Below are positions 53,102 through 61,717 of a stretch of 64,000 nucleotides of DNA, in pieces (within the stretch, counting starts at the first letter, position 1; every line of letters begins with the position of its first letter). The position numbers were made by a program, and so were the translations under genes. Location: the NCBI GenBank assembly GCA_025774245.1, contig JALGWI010000003.1, positions 14,866 through 78,865 on the forward strand. The letters are read 5' to 3'. This DNA comes from a bacterium (lineage in GTDB: Bacteria > Joyebacterota > Joyebacteria > Joyebacterales > Joyebacteraceae). Under the pieces are notes generated by a model. The model was not told the DNA's origin. It did not search any database and worked only from the letters and a program-made list of their open reading frames with translations.

Positions 53102-54240
53102 CCGAGCACGTCCTTTCCCTGAAGGAGGGCGACCCCGAGCTGGAGGGCGTCCTCGATCTCCCTTCGCTCCCCTTCGCCGCCCGCCTCCTCGAGCCTCGCC
53201 TTCATGCGGCGCGCGAAGCGCCCGACGACGAGCCGCTCGGGCAGCGCGCGGAGTTCGTCCTCCCCGAGCCGCACGTGGTAGTCGCGATCCGCCAGGGAGA
53301 CGTGGAAGTAGAGCGGCGCGAGCGCCTCGAGGAGCGCGTCGGGCGAAAAGCCGGAGTCGACCTCGACGAGGCCGTTCAGCGTGAGCCGCACGATCGCATC
53401 GCCGTTCGGCGCCACCGCCGCCACCACCCGCTCCTCGACGTCCTTCGTTCCGGCAGCGCCCGTGACGTCGAGGGCTCTCTCCTCGATCGTCCGCGTGCCC
53501 ACGCGCTCCTTCCGGACGGTCGCGGCGCCGTGCGAGAGCTCCACGACGGCGACGTGGCCGGCGCCCGTCTGGTCGATCGCGACGACCTCGGGAGCGCCGG
53601 GGTAGACGGCCGGTACGGCCGTGCCCTCGATCTCGCGCCACGAGTGCCAGTGCCCGAGCGCGAAGTAGCACCAGCCGGCGGTCCGGAGCTCGAGGAGATC
53701 GATCGGGTGGTCGTCGGGAGCGACCGGGACGACGTTGACCGAGCCGTGCGCGACGGCGACGTTGAACGGGAGGGCAGGATTCGGCTCGAGGCCGGCGAGC
53801 TGGTGCGAGGCCGAACGGTTCGAACGCGGCGGGGTGCCGCGGACCGAGATCCCCGACTCGGGGAGATCGACGCTCGTCCTGTCGTCGAGTCCGAGGACGG
53901 TGAGCCCCGGCGCCCGCGAGAACTCCGTGCGGTAGGCGGAGTAGATCGAGCCCGTGCCGAGGAAGTCGTGCGATCCCGGCAGGACCACGACCGCGCCTTT
54001 GGACGACTCGGTGAGCCGGGTGAGCTCTCGGATCGCGAAGCGGACCTCGGACGCCGGCGGCGTGTTCGAGTCGAAGAGATCGCCCGCGACGAGAAGGCAG
54101 TCGGCCTTTCGGTCGAGGGCGACGTCGACGATCGAGCTCATCGCCCGCCTGAGCTCGCCCCGCTGGTCGGCCGCCCTGTCGCCGAGCCAGCCGAGGGGCG
54201 CGCCGAGGTGGATGTCCGCCGTGTGAATCAGTGTGGGCAT
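53098..54240 (-). CDS. YhaO/SbcD/Mre11-like metallophosphoesterase (DNA repair exonuclease)
   Basis: HTADIHLG, AGDLFD, LPGSHD, AHG, ALGHWH, YPG; stop overlaps the ATPase start (GTGA). Confidence 0.88.
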   Translation of the reverse strand: MPTLIHTADIHLGAPLGWLGDRAADQRGELRRAMSSIVDVALDRKADCLLVAGDLFDSNTPPASEVRFAIRELTRLTESSKGAVVVLPGSHDFLGTGSIYSAYRTEFSRAPGLTVLGLDDRTSVDLPESGISVRGTPPRSNRSASHQLAGLEPNPALPFNVAVAHGSVNVVPVAPDDHPIDLLELRTAGWCYFALGHWHSWREIEGTAVPAVYPGAPEVVAIDQTGAGHVAVVELSHGAATVRKERVGTRTIEERALDVTGAAGTKDVEERVVAAVAPNGDAIVRLTLNGLVEVDSGFSPDALLEALAPLYFHVSLADRDYHVRLGEDELRALPERLVVGRFARRMKARLEEAGGEGERREIEDALQLGVALLQGKDVLG

Positions 54241-54275
54241 GCGACCTCCCGCCGGGAAGTGTGCGTCACGCTGAC

Positions 54276-54304
54276 ATCGTAGGTGCGCCCGGGCGACAAG
54301 TCAA
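54276..54304 (-). promoter_or_regulatory. sigma70-type promoter for the nuclease-ATPase(-CHAT) unit
   Basis: TTGACT-17 nt-TACGAT 36 bp upstream of ATG 54240. Confidence 0.6.
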
Positions 54305-54399
54305 GGAGGCGACGTTCGCGCCCAGGACCTTCCGGGACCTCCCGGGGCCGCGGGGCCCGGCCGCGCCGCCGGAGCGCTCGGGGCCCGCCGCGCTGTCGG

Positions 54400-54435
54400 A
54401 AACGAAAACGGGGGCACCCCGTTCGGCACCCCCGC
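54400..54435 (-). terminator. Intrinsic terminator after the lipoprotein gene
   Basis: Minus strand cgggggtgcc-gaacgg-ggtgcccccg (with G:U pairs) followed by ttttcgttt. Confidence 0.6.
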
Positions 54436-54462
54436 TTCCAGCAATCCGTCTCGCGTCCGGTT

Positions 54463-55686
54463 CTACTCCTCGTCCATCCAGTCGGCGATCTCCTCCCACG
54501 CCAGATTGGTCATGCCCGGCGTGACGTCGCTAAACGTCGGGTCCGGGAAGTCGATCGGCCTCACGACGTCCGGCTCGTCCGGGTTCGGCCACGTGAGCTC
54601 GGGGAGGTAGTCCGTGATCGGGTCGAGCGGGTCCATGAAGAACTCCTCGACGTCGAGCGTGATCACGACCGCGGGCGCTCCGGGCTCGAGCTCCGCGAGA
54701 TCGATCTCCGCCTGCTCGTGCAGCGCCTCGTCGATCATGTCCGCGTAGAACCTGAGGGAGTCGACAGACCCCTCTCCGAACATGTCGTCGAGCACGATGT
54801 ACATGCCGTCGGACTCCGTGATGAGATCGAACGTCTGAGGTCCGGTCTCGCTCTGGAGCTCGTCGCACGCTTCGTTCACGTGGACGACCATGTCGTCCAG
54901 CTCTCCGAAGGCCGCCTGCAGGTGGTTGCCGGGCCTCAGAGTGAGGAAGTCGGGATCGTCCTCGAGCAGTTCCTGCAGCGTCTGGCCGTCGGCCCAGTCC
55001 ACGTTGTAGGCAACCGTCATCTCGAAGACCGCCTGCAGCACGTCGAGCGGTGCGTGGGCGAAGTAGGCGTCGGTCGCGTCGAGCACGACCGTGATCGTCT
55101 CGCGCTCCTCCTCCGGAATCTCGATGACGAGCTCGACCTCGCAGTCGAGGTCCTCGAAGTCCGTGAGGTTCGCGTCGACGTAGTTGAGCGCCGGAATCAC
55201 CTCGTCCTCGATGTACTCCTGAAGCTGCGAGAACGGGAAGTCGTCGCGCTGCCGCTCCTGAAGGCTCTTCGCGATCTCGAGCGCGTCACGGACGTCAGGC
55301 ATGCCGAGGTACCAGAAGAGCGGCGACCGGCCCCTCTGCTGCCACTCGTCCTCGAAGAGATCGTTCAGGATGTCCGCGAGGTCCGGGTCGGTGATGACGA
55401 CCAGGAGCCTTGAAAGCGACGCCAGCAGAAGCGCGCCGCAGTGGTCGGGGTCGGCGTCCAGGGCGTCCTCGAAGTGCTCGTAGGCGCTCGAAGCATCGAC
55501 CTCCCACTCCCACGGGGGCAAGTCCGGGTCGACGTTCTGCATCCCGTCCTCGAGCTCCTGGAAGCCCAGAGCGAAGTGCTCGTCGGCCGACTGAGCGCTC
55601 GTGCCGTCCTCGGTGGAGCACCCGGCCAGGAGCCCAACGACGATCGCACAGACGGCGCCGAGCGCCGCGAATCGCAAGATCTTCAT
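54463..55686 (-). CDS. Acidic lipoprotein of unknown function
   Basis: MKILRFAALGAVCAIVVGLLAGC lipobox; RBS aaggagg; very D/E-rich; TPR-like start. Confidence 0.75.
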   Translation of the reverse strand: MKILRFAALGAVCAIVVGLLAGCSTEDGTSAQSADEHFALGFQELEDGMQNVDPDLPPWEWEVDASSAYEHFEDALDADPDHCGALLLASLSRLLVVITDPDLADILNDLFEDEWQQRGRSPLFWYLGMPDVRDALEIAKSLQERQRDDFPFSQLQEYIEDEVIPALNYVDANLTDFEDLDCEVELVIEIPEEERETITVVLDATDAYFAHAPLDVLQAVFEMTVAYNVDWADGQTLQELLEDDPDFLTLRPGNHLQAAFGELDDMVVHVNEACDELQSETGPQTFDLITESDGMYIVLDDMFGEGSVDSLRFYADMIDEALHEQAEIDLAELEPGAPAVVITLDVEEFFMDPLDPITDYLPELTWPNPDEPDVVRPIDFPDPTFSDVTPGMTNLAWEEIADWMDEE

Positions 55687-55732
55687 CCTCTTCCTCCTTG
55701 TGTCTGAAGCCGCATCAATCCCTGCAGAACGA

Positions 55733-55782
55733 TGCAATCTCCGTGCCGCCGCCACGGTATGTCCGCCTCTCCCGTGTGTCAA
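55733..55782 (-). promoter_or_regulatory. Tandem sigma70-type and sigma54-like promoters for the lipoprotein
   Basis: TTGACA-17-TACCGT (55782-55754) and CGGCACGGAGATTGCA (55748-55733). Confidence 0.5.
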
Positions 55783-55825
55783 CAGCAATGAGAAGCGCTC
55801 CCCTCGTGCAAGCGGGAGCGCTTGA

Positions 55826-55903
55826 TGGTACGCCCAGGAGGACTCGAACCCCCAACCTTCTGATCCGTAGTCAGATGCTCTATCCAAATTGAGCTATGGG
55901 CGC
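55826..55903 (-). tRNA. tRNA-Arg (anticodon ACG)
   Basis: gcgcccatagctcaatttggatagagcatctga-ct-acg-ga-tcaga...ggttcgagtcc...acca. Confidence 0.95.
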
Positions 55904-55913
55904 TATTTCGATC

Positions 55914-56003
<90 letters not shown>

Positions 56004-56036
56004 GGGCATACTGAGTTGGTCCAGGTCTCGATGTTC

Positions 56037-56123
56037 TGGCGGAGGGCGAGGGACTCGAACCCCCAAGGGCGTAAGCCCGGCGGTTTTCAAGACCGCTGCC
56101 TTACCAGTTAGGTCTAGCCCTCC
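56037..56123 (-). tRNA. tRNA-Ser (anticodon TGA)
   Basis: ggagggctagacctaactggtaaggcagcggt-ct-tga-aa-accgc, variable arm, CCA. Confidence 0.93.
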
Positions 56124-56137
56124 TCGCCTCCGGAGGC

Positions 56138-56166
56138 AGTATAGCAACGCCCCAGAGGGGTGTCAA
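56138..56166 (-). promoter_or_regulatory. sigma70 promoter of the tRNA Ser-Ser-Arg operon
   Basis: TTGACA-17 nt-TATACT followed by a GC-rich discriminator. Confidence 0.85.
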
Positions 56167-56233
56167 ATCCGATTCAGCCGGCGTCGCGCTCGCCACGGCT
56201 GAGCGTTCGGCCGACGGCTCCCGCGCGGCGCAC

Positions 56234-57220
56234 TCACTCCCACGACGACGGTCGCGTTCGTTTGCCTCCCGGGCGGTAGCCGGCCTCCTCCGTGGCCCAC
56301 TCACGCATCTGCCGCCTCGCGCGCCTGACGCGGACGACGACCGCGACGAGGAAGAGCACGGTCGCAAAGGCGAAGATGAGATTCCAGCGCGTCAGGATCA
56401 GCGCCCAGGAGAAGCTCTGATCGAAGTGCCCCAGGGCCGCGGCCTCGAAGCCGCTGCGGTCGCCCCCGTAGAGCGTCTCGAGCGCGGCGTCGAAGCCGCC
56501 CGCTTCCCTCACGGCGCGGACGAGCTCGCCCGGCCGCGGGATCCCGGTCTCCGCCATGAGGAACTGGACGGCGTGGAAGCTCTCGGCGTACGCGAGCGCG
56601 GCGCCGTTGGCGTCTCCGGGGAAGGCCCGCTCCAGCGAGGAGAGCGTGTAGAGCGTGCCTCTCGCTGCCGCCGCTGCGAGCGATGGCGACTCGGAGAGAC
56701 GCCACTCCCCCGCTACCGCCATCGCGACGCCCTCGTGGAACCACCGCGGCACCCAGACATCCTCGAGGACGCGACCAGCGGCGACGTGTGCCAGCTCGTG
56801 GACGAGGACGTCCTCCATCTGGAGGGGGTAATCGACGATCCGGGGGCTCTTCATGATGACGAGGCCGCGTTCCGGGAACGCACACCCCACCCACCAGTCG
56901 GACGCCCCGCCGGTCGTGTGCGCCTCGAACTCCTCGTGCGACGGAGCCACGATGATCCTGACGGGCTCGAGGGTCGCGAGCGACATGCCGGCGGCGATGC
57001 CGGGAGCACGCGAGGTGGCGATCTCGAGCATGAGTCGCCCCGCCCGCGCGTCGTCGTCGCGGAACGCGACGACCGTTCCTCCGTCGGCGACCTCGGTCCA
57101 CCCGTCATCGGTCGGATCGGCCGGGGTCTCCGCGGCGCGACACGCGAGCCCGGCGACAAGAAGAAGGAGGGCGACCGCTGCCGCCCTCGTCACGTTCCGT
57201 CGAGCGATCGGAAGCATCAC
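56234..57220 (-). CDS. Peptidase MA-family (gluzincin-like) metallopeptidase, exported, C-terminal TM anchor
   Basis: Signal peptide; HELAH...PRWFHEGVA; AY.ES; C-terminal hydrophobic helix followed by RVRRARR. Confidence 0.8.
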   Translation of the reverse strand: MMLPIARRNVTRAAAVALLLLVAGLACRAAETPADPTDDGWTEVADGGTVVAFRDDDARAGRLMLEIATSRAPGIAAGMSLATLEPVRIIVAPSHEEFEAHTTGGASDWWVGCAFPERGLVIMKSPRIVDYPLQMEDVLVHELAHVAAGRVLEDVWVPRWFHEGVAMAVAGEWRLSESPSLAAAAARGTLYTLSSLERAFPGDANGAALAYAESFHAVQFLMAETGIPRPGELVRAVREAGGFDAALETLYGGDRSGFEAAALGHFDQSFSWALILTRWNLIFAFATVLFLVAVVVRVRRARRQMREWATEEAGYRPGGKRTRPSSWE

Positions 57221-57224
57221 CGCG

Positions 57225-58409
57225 TCAGTTCCTCCCGGGCGCGAGTGGCGAGATCGCGCGGAGCCGCTGGACGATCCCCGGAAGGACCTCGAGGAGACGG
57301 TCGACGTCGTCCTCGGTGTTCGCTCGACCGAGGCCGAATCGGACCGATCCCTGAGCCACGTTCGCAGGTACCCCCATCGCGGAGAGCACGTGCGACGGCT
57401 CGGCCGAGTCGGTGGTGCACGCGGAACCCGTCGAGACGGCGAATCCCTCCATGTCGAGCGCGAGCACGACGCTCTCCCCCTCGACGTAGTGGAAGGCGAG
57501 GTTCGCCGTCCCCGGGATCCTCCTGTCGGGATGGCCGTTCAGCGTCACGTCCGACACGGCCGCGATCGCGCCCTCGACGAGCCGGCGGGTCAGGGCTTCG
57601 AGGCGCGCGGCCTCGTTCGCCATCCCGCTCGTCGCGATCTCGATCGCCTTGGCGAGCCCCACGATCCCCGGCACGTTCTCCGTTCCCGGACGCACTCCCC
57701 TCTCGTGGCTGCCGCCGTGCGAGAGCGGGTGGAAACGCGTGCCCCTGCGCACGTAGAGGGCACCCACCCCCTTCGGCCCGTAGAACTTGTGGGCCGACAT
57801 CGCCAGGAGATCGACGCCGAGGGCGTCGACCTTGACTGGGATCTTCCCGACGGCCTGCACGGCGTCGGTGTGGAACAGGATCCCGCGCTCCCGCGCGATC
57901 CGGCCGATCTCCTCGAGCGGCTCGATCGTGCCGACCTCGTTGTTCGCGTGCATGATGGTGATGAGGCGCGTGTCGTCGCGGCACGCGCGGCGCACGTCCT
58001 CCGGATCGATCAGGCCGTCCGAGTCGACTCCGACGAAGGTCACGTCGAATCCGAGCTCGTCGCGGACGTAGCCACAGCTGTTTAGCACCGCGTGGTGTTC
58101 GATCTCACTCGTGATGATGTGTCCGCGCGCCTCGAGATTCAGGAGCGCCACGCCCTTGATCGCGATGTTGTCCGACTCGGAGCCGCCGCTCGTGAAGACG
58201 ACCTCGGTCGTGTCGCACGCGAGGGCGTCCGCGACCGTCCTGCGGGCCCACTCGACGGCGTCCCTCGTCTGGTGAGCCATCCCGTAGGGGCTCGAGGGGT
58301 TGCCGTACCGCTCGCTGAAGTACGGCAGCATGGCCTCGACGACGCGCGGGTCGGCCGCCGTCGTCGCGTTGTGGTCCATGTAGGTCGTGGCGCTTCCCTT
58401 CGTGCCCAT
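57225..58409 (-). CDS. iscS: Cysteine desulfurase, IscS/NifS type
   Basis: YMDHNATT, GNPSS, FTSGGSES.N, MHANNEVG, HTDAVQ, SAHKFYGPKG, STGSACT. Confidence 0.92.
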   Translation of the reverse strand: MGTKGSATTYMDHNATTAADPRVVEAMLPYFSERYGNPSSPYGMAHQTRDAVEWARRTVADALACDTTEVVFTSGGSESDNIAIKGVALLNLEARGHIITSEIEHHAVLNSCGYVRDELGFDVTFVGVDSDGLIDPEDVRRACRDDTRLITIMHANNEVGTIEPLEEIGRIARERGILFHTDAVQAVGKIPVKVDALGVDLLAMSAHKFYGPKGVGALYVRRGTRFHPLSHGGSHERGVRPGTENVPGIVGLAKAIEIATSGMANEAARLEALTRRLVEGAIAAVSDVTLNGHPDRRIPGTANLAFHYVEGESVVLALDMEGFAVSTGSACTTDSAEPSHVLSAMGVPANVAQGSVRFGLGRANTEDDVDRLLEVLPGIVQRLRAISPLAPGRN

Positions 58410-58539
58410 CGCTTCCCGCCTCATCGGAGTGCGGCCGGCCCACTCGGGGACCGGCCGCCCGTCGTCTTCGCAAGGGGTCGCTCGCTCCCGCGACGGCGGC
58501 CCGTTGGGCCCGGGCCTGCGAGTCACGGAGCGGCCGGTG

Positions 58540-59763
58540 CTACTCCCCGCCCTTGTCCCAGATGCCGCGGAGCTTCTCCTGCTCCGCGATCTCGATCAGC
58601 TTCTCCTGTCGCGTGATCTCCTTCGTGGCGTGCGAACGCCATTCGCTGTCGCGCTTCGCAAGCTCGAGCTTGCTGATGGCCTCGCGGTACTTCGCCATCG
58701 CGGAGTCGAACTGGCCGCTCTTCTGGAGCGACTGCGCGTGCTTCTCGAGCGCCTTGGCCCAGGTGATGTACGCGGTGCCGCTGTTGGGCGACCTCTCGAG
58801 GAGGCGCCTCGCCGTCGCGATCGCGGAGTCGTACCTCCCCATGTCGTTGTAGGCGTCCGCCAGGGCGCCCATGTAGTCGGCGTTGTCGGGATACTGCTCG
58901 ACCAGCGCCTCGTACTGCGCGACCGCCTTGTCGGTCTGGCCGCGGGCGCGGTAGACGGAGGCCAGGTTCGCCCTCGCCGCGACGTCCGCCGGGTTCTGTT
59001 CGATGACCGTGAGGAAGAGCGTCTCGGCCTCGTTCATGGCTCCGACCTTCATGTAGAGGAACCCGAGCGTCGACAGGGAGTACGTGCTCGCGCCGCCGAA
59101 GCCCCGCACCTTCTCGTACGCGACGATCGCCTGATCGTAGAGCTCCGCGCGGTAGTAGAGCTGGGCCAGGGACTGCACCGCCCTCGAGTCCGTCGGCGCA
59201 AGCTCGTGCGCGCGGCGGTACGCGTTGATCGCGGCCAGGTCCATCTCCATCTTCTCGTACGCGTAGCCCAGATTCAGATACGCGTCCTCGTTGTCGAAGT
59301 CGAGCTGGACAGCAAGGACGTACTCCTCCACCGACTCCTGGTATTCGCCGGTGACGAAGTGCGCGTACGCCAGCGACGTGTGCGAGTACGGATCGTCGGG
59401 CGCCAGCTCCGTTCCCTTCTGGTACATCTCGAGGGATTTGTCGAACTCCTGCGTCTCGATGAGATAGAGCCTGCCGAGACCGTAGTAGGCGTCCACGTAG
59501 CCAGGATCGAGGTTGATCGCTTTCTGGTAGTTCTCGATGGCCTTCCCGATCTCACGGACGCGAACGAACTCGGCGGCGCTGTTGGCGGCGCGCTCGGCCG
59601 GGGAGATCTCCCGGTCGCTGGCGGCCGCGTCGCCCTCGTGCCCCTTGATCGTCATGGTCTGCTCTTCGGCCTCGGGCATCGTACCAGTGCACCCGGTCAG
59701 GATTGCGAATACCACGATCACCGCCGCGAGCGCCCACACCATATCCGATCTGGATCTCTGCAT
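58540..59763 (-). CDS. TPR-repeat lipoprotein
   Basis: Lipobox ILTGC; many TPR units (A...Y.KAI.LDP...AY..LG). Confidence 0.82.
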   Translation of the reverse strand: MQRSRSDMVWALAAVIVVFAILTGCTGTMPEAEEQTMTIKGHEGDAAASDREISPAERAANSAAEFVRVREIGKAIENYQKAINLDPGYVDAYYGLGRLYLIETQEFDKSLEMYQKGTELAPDDPYSHTSLAYAHFVTGEYQESVEEYVLAVQLDFDNEDAYLNLGYAYEKMEMDLAAINAYRRAHELAPTDSRAVQSLAQLYYRAELYDQAIVAYEKVRGFGGASTYSLSTLGFLYMKVGAMNEAETLFLTVIEQNPADVAARANLASVYRARGQTDKAVAQYEALVEQYPDNADYMGALADAYNDMGRYDSAIATARRLLERSPNSGTAYITWAKALEKHAQSLQKSGQFDSAMAKYREAISKLELAKRDSEWRSHATKEITRQEKLIEIAEQEKLRGIWDKGGE

Positions 59764-59898
59764 ACGATCGCCTCTCTTCTCCTGCACTGCGGGGAGGACC
59801 GTCGGTCGCCCTCTCCTCTGTCCAACGGGGGGTTGCCTCTGCGTCGGCTTCGGGGCGACGGCGCCACTGCGCCCGACCCGGGAGCCTCTCGAACCGTC

Positions 59899-60534
59899 CT
59901 AGTCCGTTCCCCGGAACTCCTCGATCATCTGGATGTTCTCGCGGCAGATCTGCGCTGCCGGAGCGTCCGGATCGATCTCGATCACCCTCTGCCACTCCCT
60001 GATCGCCTCGTCGAAAATCTGTGCGTCGGCAAACGCTACGGCGAGGTTGAAGTGGGCCTCGAGGTTGTTCGCATCCATCGAGATGGCGGTGCGATACAGC
60101 TCGACGGCCTCGTTGTACTTCCGCTGCGCGTAGTACGTGCTGCCGAGGTTCGTGTAGATCATGGCGTTCTCGGGGTCGAGCTCGAGGGCCCTCTCGAGCT
60201 CCTCGACGGCCTCCGACAGCTGCCCCCGATCCGCGTAGAGCGCTCCGAGGTTCAGCCGAACCCCGGCGTGCGAAGGGTCGATCTCGACCGCCCTGTGGTA
60301 CGACCCGAGCGCGTCGTCCAGCATGTTGCTCTCGTAGTAGACGTTGCCGAGCTCGATCAGGAGTTCCACGTCGTCGGGACTCGCTTCGAGCTGGCTCCTG
60401 AGCTCCTCGATCCGCGCGAGCGTCTCGTCGGCCTCAGCCGCGAGGTCGTCCTGCGCCCACGCTGCGGCCCCCGTGAAGAGGACCACGGCGAGGACGAGAC
60501 ACCCGAATCGCATTGCATTGTGTCCGCGCAGCAT
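59899..60534 (-). CDS. Exported TPR-repeat protein
   Basis: Signal peptide ending AAAWA; TPR units LG..Y...A...Y.RA.E.DP. Confidence 0.82.
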   Translation of the reverse strand: MLRGHNAMRFGCLVLAVVLFTGAAAWAQDDLAAEADETLARIEELRSQLEASPDDVELLIELGNVYYESNMLDDALGSYHRAVEIDPSHAGVRLNLGALYADRGQLSEAVEELERALELDPENAMIYTNLGSTYYAQRKYNEAVELYRTAISMDANNLEAHFNLAVAFADAQIFDEAIREWQRVIEIDPDAPAAQICRENIQMIEEFRGTD

Positions 60535-60585
60535 AGACTCGGTTCCTCCGGGTCGGCGACGGGCGTGCCCGCCGCCATGGCGCGC

Positions 60586-61416
60586 CTATTCCTCAGGGGT
60601 GCTGGGGGCGCTGGGAATGCTCTCGACTCTGAGCGACACGATCTTGTCGGGCTCGGCGACGGCGCCGTTATCGGCCTGGTCGCCCTTCTTGATCGAGTCG
60701 ATGACGTCCATGCCCTCGACGACCTGGCCGAAGGCCGCGTACTTGCCGTCCAGGTGCGTCGCGCTGGCCAGCATGATGAAGAACTGGCTTCCCCCGGAGT
60801 CCGGGTCGTTCGAGCGAGCCATCGAGACCACGCCCTTCACGTGATTGAGGTCGGCGTTGAACTCGGCCGGGATCGTGTAGCCAGGGCCGCCGAAGCCGCC
60901 CTTGTGCTCGACGTCGCCGGTCTGAGCCATGAACCCGTCGATGACGCGATGGAACTCGACGCCGTCGTACCGGCCGCTGTTGGCCAGGTAGGCGAAGTTC
61001 ACGACCGTGTTCGGGGCTCTGTCCTCCCAGAGCTCGATCGTGACGGTCCCCTTCTCGGTCACGAGGATCGCGACCTTGTTCCCCTCGGGCAGGTAGGGAA
61101 CCTCCATGGTCTTCTTGGCACCCGTCGCGCCGCCCTTCTCGTCGCTTTCGAAGTAGGTCAGAGTGGCTGTCACCGGCTTGGCCTCCTCTGCGGTATCCGA
61201 GGCCTCCTCAGTCGGAGCCTCCTCTGCGGTATCCGAGGCCTCCTCAGTCGGAGCCTCCTCTTCGGTGGCTGCTGCCTTCTCCTCCGGAGCGGCCTTGTCG
61301 ACCGTCTCCCCCTTCTCGCTCGAAAGCCCGGGGTCGCCCGACTGCGAGAACGCCGGCACCGCGAGCGCCAGTAAGACGAGTGCTACCGCGACAGGAAAAC
61401 ACGTACGCGAACGCAT
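60586..61416 (-). CDS. Exported cyclophilin-type peptidyl-prolyl isomerase
   Basis: Signal peptide; AP.TV.NF, FHRVIDGFMAQ.GD, GPGY, SMAR...DSGGSQFFI, HLDGKY..FGQV. Confidence 0.92.
   Translation of the reverse strand: MRSRTCFPVAVALVLLALAVPAFSQSGDPGLSSEKGETVDKAAPEEKAAATEEEAPTEEASDTAEEAPTEEASDTAEEAKPVTATLTYFESDEKGGATGAKKTMEVPYLPEGNKVAILVTEKGTVTIELWEDRAPNTVVNFAYLANSGRYDGVEFHRVIDGFMAQTGDVEHKGGFGGPGYTIPAEFNADLNHVKGVVSMARSNDPDSGGSQFFIMLASATHLDGKYAAFGQVVEGMDVIDSIKKGDQADNGAVAEPDKIVSLRVESIPSAPSTPEE
61181..61260. repeat. 36-bp tandem repeat (about 2.2 copies) in the cyclophilin acidic linker
   Basis: gcctcctctgcggtatccgaggcctcctcagtcgga x2 plus a partial copy; encodes EEAPTEEASDTA. Confidence 0.9.
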
Positions 61417-61559
61417 GCTGTCCCCCTTCAGTGAGGCACGCTGGCCGTGAACTAGACTGCATCCTATGAACATAATCTAACCGTCGGCGCTTTGAGGTGT
61501 CAAGCGGCATCTGGCCCGGCCTGTGGCCGGATGCCCGCCACTCGCGGTTGCGGGGCCGA

Positions 61560-61588
61560 TTGACCGCCGCCCCGCAGCGGTGTACAAT
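61560..61588 (+). promoter_or_regulatory. sigma70-type promoter of glnA, divergent from a TTGACA/TAGATT promoter near 61474-61503
   Basis: TTGACC-17 nt-TACAAT with an extended -10 TG. Confidence 0.7.
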
Positions 61589-61717
61589 CTCCTCCGACTC
61601 CGGTTCGCGGGCGGCGCGACGCTCTGCGCCGTCCGGGACCCATCGAGGGCGCGGCGTTTCACCGTCACGCCCTCTTTTCGCCGTGACGGAGCACCGACAC
61701 CCCAAGAGGAGATACCG

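Noticed and set aside
61181-61260. 36-bp repeat as a CRISPR repeat
   Set aside because: Head-to-tail copies without spacers, in frame within a coding linker; no cas genes
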